Assembly (NCBI RefSeq): GCF_030144855.1 | Contig: NC_082728.1 | Span: 32,736,001-32,800,000, forward strand | Direction: 5' to 3' | Origin: Hypanus sabinus | Lineage: Eukaryota | Length of the DNA: 64,000 nucleotides | Program-made: the position numbers and the translations under genes | The notes under the pieces: generated by a model | Databases searched by the model: none | What the model saw: only the letters and a program-made list of their open reading frames with translations | Told to the model about the DNA's origin: nothing | Shown: in pieces, positions 25,331-36,993 of the stretch | Layout: the number at the start of each line of letters is the position of its first letter | How positions within the stretch are numbered: position 1 is the first letter of the stretch

Positions 25331-27913
25331 GCCCTTGACAACCAAGGTGCCTATCTAAACTAGTCCCATTTACCTGCATTTAGTGTACATCTCTTCAAAC
25401 CTTTCCTACCCACATATTTTCCAAGTGTCCTTTAAACGCTGCTTCTTTACTTGCCTCAGCCACCAACTCCGACAACTCATTCCATATAGAGACAACTGTC
25501 CGAGTGTAAATTTCCTCTCAGTTTCCTATTAAATTTCTCCCCTCTCACCTTTCTGTTAATTATTTCCTCAGATGAGGGACAATTAGAGATGAACAATAAA
25601 AGCAGATATCTTCATCTCATCATTGCAGACGTCCTGATTAAGTAGGTAAAAATAATTTTTCCACCTTATGATGTACAAGTCTCAAGTTGTACTTTAGAAT
25701 ATCTGTCACTTCCTTTTGATAAGCTGCAATAGTACATTTGATTACATTTTACATTTTATCGATTGATGAACATGGACAACCGCAGACTTAACAAGACTTA
25801 AACTGGAGAATTCAGATGTCACTGTTTTATTAAATCAGATATTTTACTTGAAAGGTGTTATTTTCAATCTGCCCTTAATGTGGGCTATAAGAGCAATCCA
25901 TGAGCTTTGCTTGCATATAGAGCAGATCATTGAACAGTACAGCACAGGAAGAGGCCATTCAGCCTACAATGTTGTGTCAATCAAAAGCACTAACCCTTCC
26001 TACCTACACCATCCGTATCATTGAATCTTCCTTACATCCGTGTGTCTATCCAAACGTCTCTTAAAATCTTCTAATGTATTTGCCTTTACCTCCATATCAG
26101 GGGGTGCATTCCCGGCATCCACAATGCTCTGAGTAAAAAATGCACCTCTTACATTTCTCTTGAACTTACCCCCTCTCACATTCCCTGCATAGAAACAAAG
26201 AAAATAGGTGCAGGAGTTGGCCATTCAGCCCTTCGAGCCTGCTCCGCCATTCAGTATGATCATGGCTGATCATCCAACTCAGAACCCTGTACCTTCTTTC
26301 TCTCCAAACCCCCTGATCCCTTTAGCCACAAGGGCCATATCTAACTTCCTCTTAAATATAGCCAATGAACTGGCCTCAACTGTTTCCTGTGGCAGAGAAT
26401 TCCATAGATTCACCACTCTCTGTGTGAAGAAGTTTTTCCTCATCTCGGTCCTAACAGGCTTCCCCTTTATCCTTAAACTGTGACCCCTCGTTCTGGGCAC
26501 CCCCAACATTGGAAACAAGCTTCCTGCATCTAGCCTGTCCAATCCCTTTAGAATTTTATACATTTCAATGAGATTCCCCCTCAATCTTCTAAATTCCAGC
26601 AAGTATAAGCCTAGTCGATCCAGTCTTTCTTCATATGAAAGTCCTGCCATCCCAGGAATCAATCTGCTGAACTTTCTTTGTACTCCCTCTATGGCAAGAA
26701 TGTCTTTCCTCAGATAAGGTACCAAAACTGCACACAATACTCCAGCTGTGGTCTCACCAAGGCCTTGTACAACTGCAGTAGAACCTCCCTGCTCCTGTAC
26801 TCGAATCCTCTTGCTAGGAATGCCAACATACCATTTGCCTTTTTCACCGCCTGCTGTACCTGCATGCCCACCTTCAATGACTGGTTTTCAATGATACCCA
26901 GGTCTCATTGCACCTCCCCTTTTCCTAATCAGCCATCATACAGATAATAATCTGTTTTCCTGTTCTTGCAACCAAAGTGGATAACCTCACATTTATCCAC
27001 ATTAAATTGCATCTGCCATGAATTTGCCCACTCACCTAACCTATCCAAGTCACCCTGCATCCTCTTAGCATCCTCCTCACAGCTAACACAGCCGCCCAGC
27101 TTCGTGTCATCTGCAAACTTGGAGATGCTGCATTTAATTCCCTCATTTAAGTCATTAATATACTTTGTATATTGTAAACAACTGGGGTCCCAGCATTGAG
27201 CCATGCGGTACCCCATTAGTCACTGCCTGCCATTCTGAAAAGGTCCCATTTACTCCCACTGTTTGCCAACCAATTCTCTATCCACATCAATACCATACCC
27301 CCAATACCAATACCGTGTGCTTTAAGTTTGCACACTAATCTCCTGTGTGGGACCTTGTCAAAAGCCTTTTGAAAATCCAAATATACCACATCCACTGGTT
27401 CTCCCCATCCACTCTACTAGTTACATCCTCAAAAAATTCTATAAGATTCGTCAGACGTGATTTTCCTTTCACAAATCCATGCTGACTTTGTCCGATGATT
27501 TCACCTCTTTCCAAATGTGCTGTTATCACATCTTTGATAACCGACTCCAGCATTTTTCCCACCACTGATGTCAGGCTAACTGGTCTATAATTCCCCAGTT
27601 TCTCTCTCCCTCCTTTTTTAAAAGTGGGGTTACATTAGCCACCCTCCAATCCAGAACCTAAGGAGTTTTGAAAAATTATCACTAATGCATGCACTATTTC
27701 TTGGGCTACTTCCTTAAGCACTCTGGGATGCAGACCATCTGGCCCTGGGGATTTATCTGCCTTTAATCCCTTCAATTTACCTAACACCACTTTCCTACTA
27801 ACATGTATTTCCCTCAGTTCCTCCATCTCACTAGACCCTCAGTCCTCTACTATTTCTGGAAGATTATTTATGTCCTCCTTAGTGAAGACAGACCCAAAGT
27901 AGTTATTCAATTG

Positions 27914-28096
27914 AAAACACAAAATGCTGGCAGAACTCAGCAGGCCAGACAGCATCTATGGGAGGAGGTAATAATGATGTTTTGGCCCGAAACATCGTTA
28001 TTACCTCCTCCCATAGATGCTGTCTGGCCTGCTGAGTTCTGCCAGCATTTTGAGTTTTTTTTTATTTCCAGCATCTGCAGATTCACTCGTGTTGCC
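27914..28096 (+). mobile_element. Fold-back (palindromic) PLE-terminus insertion, 183 bp, 14-bp TSD
   Basis: tagttattcaattg at 27900-27913 and 28097-28110. Arms ~27914-27982 and 27990-28058 are near-perfect inverted copies. Confidence 0.9.
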
Positions 28097-30149
28097 TAGT
28101 TATTCAATTGGTCTGCCACGTCCTTATTCCCCATGATCAATTCACCTGTTTCTGAATGTAAGGGACCTACATTTATCTTAACCAATCTTTTTCTTTTCAC
28201 ATATCTATAAAAGCTTTTACAGTCATTTTTTATGTTCTCTGCCAGCTTTCTCTCATAATCTTTCTTCCCTTTCCTAATTAAGCCCTTTGTCCTCCTCTGC
28301 TGGACTCTGAATTTCTCCCAGTCCTCAAGTGTGCTGCTTTTTCTGGCTAATTTGTAAGTTTCTTCCTTGGATTTGATACTATCCGTGATTTCCCTTGTCA
28401 GCCATGGGTGCATTACCTTCCCTGGTTTATTCTTTTGCCAAACTGGGATGAACACTTTTTGTAGTTCATCCATGCAATCTTCAAATGCTTGCCATTGCAT
28501 ATCCACCATCAACCCTTTAGGTATCATTTGCCAGTCTATCTTAGCTAATTCACATCTCATACCTTCAAAGTTACCCTTCTTTAAGTTCAGAACCTTTGTT
28601 TCTGAATTAACTATGTCACTCTCCATCTTAATAAAGAATTCCACCATATTATGGTCACTCTTACCCAAGGGGCCTCGCACGACAAGATTGCTAACTAATC
28701 CTTCCTCATTGCTCAATACCCAATCTAGAACGGCCTGCTCTCTAGTTGGTTCCTCAACATGTTGGTTCAGAAAACCATCCCGCATACATTCCAAGAAATC
28801 CTCTTCCTCAGCACCCTTACCAATTTGGTTCACCCAATCTATATGTAGATTGAAGTCGCCCATTATAACCACCGTTCCTTTATTGCATGCATTTCTAATT
28901 TCTTGTTTATTGGCATCTCCAACCTCACTACTACTGTTAGGTGGCCTGTACACAACTCCCACCAGTGTTTTCTGCCCCTTAGTGTTATGCAGCTCTACCC
29001 ATATCAATTCCACATCCTCCAGGCTAATGTCCTTCCTTTCTATTGTGTCAATCTCCTCTCTTACCAGCAACACTACCCCACCTCCTTTTCTTTCCTGTCT
29101 ATCCCTCCTGAATATTGAATATCCCTGGATGTTGAGCTCCCATCCTTGGTCATCCTGGAGCCATGTCTCTGTGATCCCAACTATATCATATTCCTTAATA
29201 ACTATCTGCACATTCAATTCATCCACCTTGTTACGAATGCTCCTCGCATTGACACACAAAGCCTTCAGGTTTGTTTTTACAACACTCTTAGCCCTTATAC
29301 AATTATGTGGAAAGTGGCCCTTTTTGATTTTTGCCCTGGATTTGCCTGCCTGCCACTTTTACTTTTCACCTTACTACTTTTTGCTTCTACCCTCATTTTA
29401 CACCCCTCTGTCTCTCTGCACTTGTTCCCATCCCCCTGCCGCTTTAGTTTAAATCCTCCTGAACAGCAGTAGCAAACGCTCCCCCTAGGACATCGGTTCC
29501 AGTCCAGCCCAGGTGCAGACTGTCCTGTTTGTACCAGTCCCACCTCCCCCAGACCTGGTTCCAATGCCCCAGAAATTTGAATCCCTCCCCCTTGCACCAT
29601 TTTTCAAGCCACATATTCATCTGAAATATCCTCCTATTTCTACTCTGACTAGCACATGACACTGGTAGTAATCCAGAGATTATTACCTTTGTGGTCCTAC
29701 TTTTTAGTTTATCTGCTAACTCCCTAAATTCACTTTGTAGGACCTCATCCTACATCGTTGGTACCTATGTGCACCACGACCACTGGCTGTTCACCCTCCC
29801 ACTCCAGAATGTCCTGCAGCCGCTCAGAGACATCCTTGACCCGTGCACCTGGGAGGCAACATACCATCCTGGAATCTCGTTTGCGGCTGCAGAAACACCT
29901 ACCTATTCCCCTTACAATTGAATCCCCTATCACTATAGCTCTCCCACTCCTTTTCCTTCCCTCCTGTGCCGCAGAGCTACCCATGGTGCCATGAACTTGG
30001 CTGCTGTTGCCTTCCCCTGATGAGACATCTCCCCCAACAGTATCCAAAACAGTCTATCTGTTTAGGAGGGAGATGACCTCAGGGGACTCCTGCACTACCT
30101 GCCTACTGCTATGCTGTCTAGTGGCCACCCATTTCCTTTCTGCCTGTGG

Positions 30150-30366
30150 AGATGTGGTGAACTACATATACCTATCTGGACACACCCCACTGCTGACTGC
30201 TCCTGTGGCTCCTCCCATGGACCCCGGTATAAAGGCGATTGAGGACTCCGTCCCGGCCTCAGTGTCCAGGATGCAGTGTGGTGGTCAATTGCTGCTTGTT
30301 CTTTCTTCCAGCCAATAAAAGCCTATATCTTGCCTCACGTCTCCAAGAGTTATTGATGGTGCATCA
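30150..30366 (+). mobile_element. Miniature solo LTR (217 bp) inside CR1 ORF1
   Basis: Ends (t>a)GATG...CATCA. Imperfect 4-bp TSD gtgg/gtag. Internal TATAAA (~30228) and AATAAA (~30314) in LTR order. Host CR1 sequence is continuous either side. Confidence 0.65.
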
Positions 30367-33300
30367 GTAGCCTTTACCTGTGGTGTAGCCAACTCACTGA
30401 ACATGCTATTCACGACTTTCTCAGCATCGCGGATACTCCAGTATGAATCCAATCACAGCTCCAGCCGCTCAATGCAGTCTGCCAGAAGCTGTAGCTGGAC
30501 ACACTTCCTGCACAAATAGTCACCAGGGACACTGGAAATATCCCTTATTTCCCACATGTTGCAGGATGAACAAACCACGGGGCCGATCTCAGCTGACATG
30601 ACCTACCCAATACGTTGTCTCAACTTTTGAAATGTTCTCCTTTTAAAGAAACTTACCCGGCCTTACCTCACTTGGAGTGAAGCTCGTCCTCAGGTATTAG
30701 GCATTTCAACCCTGGGAAACAGATACTCTCTGTCCACTCTATCTATGCCTCTCATAACCTTATAAACCTCCATCAATCTTCATTAATACTTTAATTGGGA
30801 GAAATTTAGTTGCTCATGCCCCCTCATTTCTTCTCTGAGCTTCTCCTCATGCTCACATTTCTCTTCTGGAGTTTTATTGGATACAGCAGAGTGCTAGCTC
30901 ACTCCATCGAAATACAGACTGTAAGTCACTGGCTCTGACAGTTTCAAAAACAAAAGTAAGATTAAAAAGAATAAGTGGAAGATGTAGAAAAACTAAAATG
31001 ATTGACTATCTGCAAGATGTCACCCAAGGAATCATTGCTCTCTGGTGCCATCTTCTGTTCAGATCATTTCTATACCTTACAACTAGTAGAGGTCCCAGCA
31101 CTAATCTCTGTGAAACACCGGTAACTCCAGACCAACAGCTCGAATAAGTCCCTTCAACCACTACCCTCTGTTTTCTCCCAATGAGCCAGTTCAGCGTGGA
31201 CTCCATGGATCTTAATCTTCTGGATTAGCCTCCCATGAGGGACTTTATCAAACTACCTACTAAAGTCTATGTAGACTACATCAATCTCTGTTGTCCCCTT
31301 GTCAAAAAACCAAATCAAGTTGGTAAGGCACGACCTCCCATGCCCAAGGCCATACTGGCTCTCCCTAGTTAGGCCATGGGTTCATTAATGCTCATGTATC
31401 CTATCCCAAATAATTTTCTCAGCAATTTCCCTATAACACGTGAAATATCATCCAGTGGACATGTCTTCCCAATCTTCTACAACGGTTCTAACTTGATAGC
31501 GGGTGCTTTATGATAATAAGCTTAGGTGCAGTTGCAGTAAAGCACCAGTTATTTATGATCTGATGATTCAAGTACTATCAATTCATATAGAGTGCTCTAT
31601 GCAATGAAATTATCCACAGAGGACTTTTACCTTTATGTTAACTATTTCAAAGTATCATAAACTTTTCAAAAACTCTGCAGCTATCTACCTAAACCCACCA
31701 TACAATAATCATTTATGCTAAATGGTACATGTATTTCAGTGAATTAATAATGAGAACACCCTGGCAGCTTTTCAAACTTAAATATATAGAGTTATATCAG
31801 CAGCCAGAAGAAATCAATCCCAGACAAATTGGTAATGAGGCATCATATAACCACATCATGCTGATGGACATTCTGATCTGCTTGTTCTCTATATTTCCAG
31901 TTTTTGTTAAGTATGGTAAGTCCTAATTGTAATGAGAAAGCTATGGATGGTGGTGAACCCAAGTGCAGAGTAAAGTCCAGAATTAACTCAGACTCAAGAT
32001 AAACAACACAGATGAAATCCAAGGGCATAATCACAAACCGTAGTATTAGAAATGGAACGCCTACAACTGAGTGCTCAGCATGAGGCTTTAAGTACAGACT
32101 TTACATGAAGTAATGTGACAGGCAATAATTGGCAGTCTGAGTCTTAAAGGAATGTCTAGGCAGCTAACCATACTCCAGGGAATTGGAGTGCTGAAACTTG
32201 GGATGCCTGGGACTACAGTTATTCAGTTGGGACCATGACACTAATGTATTCAAGAAAATACCTGAGCTACTTTGCATTAGAAACATGCATATGAGAATGG
32301 GGTTTCATTTTGTTATCAATAAGAGCAGTTTTAGCACTTGAAAATATGGCACTGCTACGTCTAAGTTACAATACAGGAACATGAGGTTTTAGGTCATGTT
32401 CATCATTATTCTAAATATTCTTTTCCACACACAGAAAATACAGCATGCTGGAAAAACTCAATGGTTTAAACAGCATCTGGGGAGGCAAAATGTGAAAATT
32501 GACATTTTGGGTTCAGACTTCAAACTTCATACGGTAGTGTGTGACTTCATCCTCTGTATCTCCTGCTTGAGATTAGCTGTGAGAAGATGGGAAGGCCTGG
32601 ATGAATGATGCCAATGATGCAGATGTTGAGATCTGATCTAGGTTCCATCGTCTCATCACACATTCCTCATCTAATCCCACTCCACTTCTCATGGCCGTAT
32701 ACTGGCAATCTTTCCTCAAACAGGAAAGGTTTTTTCAAGGGACAGAAAATAATTAATGCATTATTACCTACAATTGTGACAGGATTTCTTTATGTTCATT
32801 TACATCATACATTGATGAAAGTATAAAGACCATCAAATACTGTCAACTTGATGAAGTCCAATCCAACTTTTTCAACATTTGTTTCTACAATTCTTCTGGG
32901 AGATGCCTGAAGAACAATCAGAATCAAGGGGAGACGTATGACTTATTGGAAGCAGGTTAAGATAATTCTGGCAACAAAGAATAGATCTCCTCCTAAATTC
33001 AGAGGGCTAAACAAAAAGCAAAGTGAGTGGAGATGTTTTTCTGTTATGTTTTCTTTATACTTTTAAATTAGATCTTAACTGAACAACTATGAAATTAGAT
33101 TATCAAAATATTTTGTTCAAGTTAAATGCATGTATGTGAAATCAACATTTAAAAGATTCTAGTTCTCTTGGTCTTGATGAATTGCAAGAGAATAGGACAG
33201 TAATTCTAAAACTGGAAGGCCATGACAATAAAATCACATAATCATCAAAAGATTACAATGCAGATGGAGATTTTATGACCCATTGAAATGCATTGCTTCT

Positions 33301-33489
33301 GTACAAGAACAATGCAGTTCTTTCATTTTCTCTCACCTTCTTCCCAGAGCCGTAAAATTATTCTTCCTCTCCTGAACAACATGATTAAATTTGCATCCAT
33401 TATATCCTCCAGTAATGCACCTCATCAATCAAAGTGTGAAGATTTTTCCCTTGTTACCTCTGGTTTTTGGCTAACCAGCTTCTCTGCCC

Positions 33490-33583
33490 AGCAACACACA
33501 CAAAATGCTGGTGGAACGCAGCAGGCCAGGCAGCATTTTGTGCGTGTTGCTTGAATTCCCAGCATCTGCAGATTTCCTCGTGT
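33490..33583 (+). mobile_element. Fold-back PLE-terminus insertion, 94 bp, 14-bp TSD
   Basis: cagcttctctgccc at 33476-33489 and 33584-33597. Inverted arms caacacacacaaaatgctg / cagcattttgtgcgtgttg. Same 3' tail (ccagcatctgcagatttcctcgtgt) as other PLE copies. Confidence 0.88.
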
Positions 33584-33779
33584 CAGCTTCTCTGCCCTCT
33601 GGTTCTTGTCTTTCCAAAAATGGGAACAGTTTCTCTCTATACATTCTCTCCATTGCCTTTAGGTTTTTAAAAGTATTTCAGGTTTTGCCTCAACCTGTTG
33701 TGTTCTAAGGAGAGCAACATCAGCTTTAATACATAACTAAAGTCCCTCAATCCTGGAAACCCTGGAATAAAAGGCTTTC

Positions 33780-34466
33780 ACTTTTTATCCAAATATTGAG
33801 AAGTGGAACGCAGTAATCAATTAATCCATTTGCAGCTAAATTAGTATCATTTTAAAATTTATTTAGAGAAATACCATGGAATAGGCCCTTCAGGCCTTTT
33901 GAGCCTTGCCACTCAGCAACTCCCCGACCACCCCTATTTAATCCTAACCCTGTCACTGGACAATTTACAATGACCCATTAACCTATCTAGTACGCTTTTG
34001 GACAATAGGTGGAAACCGGAGCACTGGGGGAACACCCACACATTCCAAGAAGAGAAAGTAAAGAGGATGCTGGAATTGGACTCTGAACTCTGATGCCCTG
34101 TTATTCAATAACATCATGCAAACTGCTGCGCTACCATTTTATGAAGGTTCATCAGATTTTCCTGCTTTTGCATTTATTTATCAAATGTATTTATAAGGTC
34201 CAGGATCGCAAATGATTTTCTAATCACCTTCTCAACTTGCCCTACTACTTCCCTGATTTATGCATAACTTTTTATCCAAATATTGAGAAGTGGAACGCAG
34301 TAATCAATTAATCCATTTGCAGCTAAATTAGTATCATTTTAAAATTTATTTAGAGAAATACCATGGAATAGGCCCTTCAGGCCTTTTGAGCCTTGCCACT
34401 CAGCAACTCCCCGACCACCCCTATTTAATCCTAACCCTGTCACTGGACAATTTACAATGACCCATT
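33780..34466 (+). repeat. 200-bp direct duplication (33780-33979 and 34267-34466)
   Basis: The two copies read identical by eye from actttttatcc to gacccatt; offset 487 bp. Confidence 0.92.
33866..34135 (-). mobile_element. tRNA-derived V-SINE/HE1-like SINE
   Basis: The minus strand starts ggtagcgcagcagtt.. (A-box-like), has a central gtgggtgttccccagtgctccggtttccacc V-domain-like core and a CR1/L2-like tail ..gaagggcctattcc. Confidence 0.6.
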
Positions 34467-35074
34467 GCTTCACTCTTCCTGTCCTTGTGTGAGAATTGTG
34501 CTCTGTAGTTTATATTACTTCCTTCCAAATGAAGTATAACATCAACATTCTCTCAATTATATGTCATTTCTCACAAGTTTGCCCATTCCAACAGCATGCC
34601 TCCATCTTCTTGAAATAGATAAATACAGTTTGCAATTCACAGGTCCGAAGTGTTGTCTCATCTGTCAATTTAGAAGTTATGCCCTACACAACTAATTCTA
34701 AGTCATTGATGTGTTTTGAGAACAGCCGTGTCAATAGTGCCACTAGACGTTGGAAATCGTGAATTTAGGCTTCGCTTCTAGTTTCCTAACTCATAACTAC
34801 TGTCTAGCTCCTGTCACTTACCGATTGTTTCTTCCTGCAATTAACCCATTTGTTGCATTGGCTTGTGTTGATGAAAAGCCCAATTTGTGACACTTTAGCA
34901 ACACCTAGTGGAATAGCCAGGGATCAATTCTTGCCCTTCAGTTGCTTAATATTTAAGTTAATGACTTAGATGAGAGAACAAAATGGAAGGCTTCCAAGTT
35001 TATCAGCGAAACAGAAATATGTAGTTGAAAGAGTGTACTGCGGCTGGGGCCTGCAGTCATCAGAAGAAAAATGA

Positions 35075-35835
35075 AAGAGCCGATTATTATTTTACTGGTA
35101 AAAAATTGCAGCATGTTGCTGTGCAGAGGGACTTGGGAGTGCTTATTCAGGAATCACAAAAGGTTGGTTTGTAGATGCAGCAGCTATTAAGAAGGCAAAT
35201 GGAAAGTTGGCCTTCATTGCCAGAGGGATTGAATTTAAGAGCAGGGAGGTTACACTGCAACTGTACAGGGGATTGGTGAGGCCGCACATTGAGTACTGTG
35301 TGTAGTTCTGGTCTCCTTACTTGAAGATTTGGAGGCTGTGCAGAGGAGTTTAACCAGGTTGATTCCAGAGATGAGGGAGTTAGATTATGTGTTCCTGCCT
35401 GCGACTGTACTCGCTAGAATTCAGAAGAATGAGAGGAGATCTGAGAGAAACAAATAAAATTATGAAATAATAGATAAGATAGTGGCAAGAAAGTTGTTTC
35501 CACTGGTAGGTGAGACTAGAATTAGGGGACATAGCATCAAGATTCGTGGAATAGATTTAGGACGGAGATGAGGAGGAACTGCCTTTCCCAGAGAGTGGTG
35601 AATCTGTGGAATTCTCTGCCCAATGAAGCAGTGGAGGCTACCTCAGTAGATATATTTGAGATAAGGTTGGATAGGTTTTAACATAGTAGGGGAATTAAGG
35701 GTTATGGGGAAAAGGCAGGAAGGCAGAAATGAGTCCATGGCCGGATCAGCCATGATCTCATTCAATGGCGGAGCAGGCTCGATGGGCCAGTTGGCCTACT
35801 CCTGCTCCTATTTCTTGTGTTCTTTTGTCCTTATG
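35075..35835 (+). mobile_element. CR1 LINE 3' fragment
   Basis: Decayed RT C-terminus (cagagggacttgggagtgc..gaatctgtggaattctctgccc) ending in a cttgtgttctttt tail. Confidence 0.8.
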
Positions 35836-36447
35836 ACACAGTGGTCACTCCTGGACCATTTTGGGGACTCCGTGGTTTGATGTTTAATATTCTGTGTGTT
35901 ATTTGCTTGTTTTTTTGCTGTTTACATGATTTGTTTCTTTGGAATTTAAGAATAGGGACTTCATACATAAGAACATAAGAAATAGGAGCAGGAGTACACC
36001 ATCTGGTCCAATGAGCTATGATTGAATGGCCCCATCATTCAGTCAGATGATGGCTGATCTGGCTGTGGATTCAGCTTTCCCCCATTACCCTTAATTCCCC
36101 TGCTATGCAAACATCTATCTAACTCTATATTTAATAAGGTTGTGATAAGGGGGTCATTGGGAATGGACCCAAATGCAAGACACAGACACTGAACTACCAG
36201 GAACAGGACTAGGCGTGAGAAGGAAGCAAGGAAAGTGGGGAAGAAAGGACGCTGGATATGACACAGGCCCTGGATGAGACAAGGATTCTGGGCCTGGGCT
36301 AGGACTTGGCTAGGTCAGAGGAACCAGGACATGGAACTGGGAACTAGGAGCCTGAGTTTCGACTCAAAGCCAGAGACTGGACAAGAACGCAGAACCTGGG
36401 TCGTGACTCAGGCCCAGACTCCAGAAATAGGCGAGGACAAGACATAG

Positions 36448-36790
36448 CTACGGGATGAAGTGACCTCCCTGATTTGCTACTCTTGTGACTGACTGAAGGA
36501 CTTCATAAAGTACACCTTGCCATCTGTTTGAGTGAAAAGACCTCAAACTTGCTAGAATTGAGGATGAATCTGAACATATCAAAGCTTTCTCTATCCATCG
36601 CAACGCAACCAACACTATATACACGCTTAACTTATTAGATGTCCTTCTGCTGATTCCAATTTCTTTCGCTGCTAAAGCCACCCCAAACGCTGTCACTCCT
36701 GTTTCAGGTACCTTAGCACCATCCACATAAATCTGAGTATAATGCGGAGCAATCAGCACTGTCCTTTTATACTGTTGGGGTAGGTCATTG
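36448..36790 (-). mobile_element. RNase H domain fragment of an I-clade (Nimb-like) LINE
   Basis: IYVDGAK..TAFGVAL..LSVY..ALRWI..ICSDSSSILASL matches non-LTR RNase H (I.TDGS..., ICSDS.S.L). Confidence 0.75.
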
Positions 36791-36813
36791 CATGACACCC
36801 AGGGAAACAAAGT

Positions 36814-36984
36814 CACAGATTTCTAGTACATCATGTACCATCCCAAGAATTGAAACTGGGGTACATAACACACAGATTTCCAGTACATCACGTACCATCC
36901 CAAGAATTGAGACTGGGCTACATAACACACAGATTCCCAGTATATCACATGCCATCCTAGCTGTTGAAACTGGGGTTCATAACA
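36814..36984 (+). repeat. 57-bp tandem repeat x3
   Basis: Unit cacagatttctagtacatcatgtaccatcccaagaattgaaactggggtacataaca; the third copy is more diverged. Confidence 0.9.
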
Positions 36985-36993
36985 AATGTGACA

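Larger units (their letters stand above)
26188..30690 (-). mobile_element. CR1-type LINE copy C, near full length, nested in an older CR1 3' fragment (25920-26187 / 30695-30780)
   Basis: ORF1 SGNH esterase (IVIGDSIVRG..VCCLPGARVKDV..VVHIGTND), APE endonuclease 29259..28096 (NARSIRNK..ITETW..GDFN..SDHNMV), RT fragments (FADDTKLGG), tail at 26188. Carries two younger insertions. Confidence 0.93.

Noticed and set aside
28367-29452. 361-aa plus-strand ORF
   Set aside because: Antisense shadow of the CR1 endonuclease ORF (29259..28096); no independent motif.
31930-32230. Old LTR-like segment resembling 36141
   Set aside because: Too decayed; no termini or TSD could be fixed.
36814-36984. Possible CRISPR-like array
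   Set aside because: Units are contiguous with no unique spacers, there are no cas genes, and the DNA is vertebrate.
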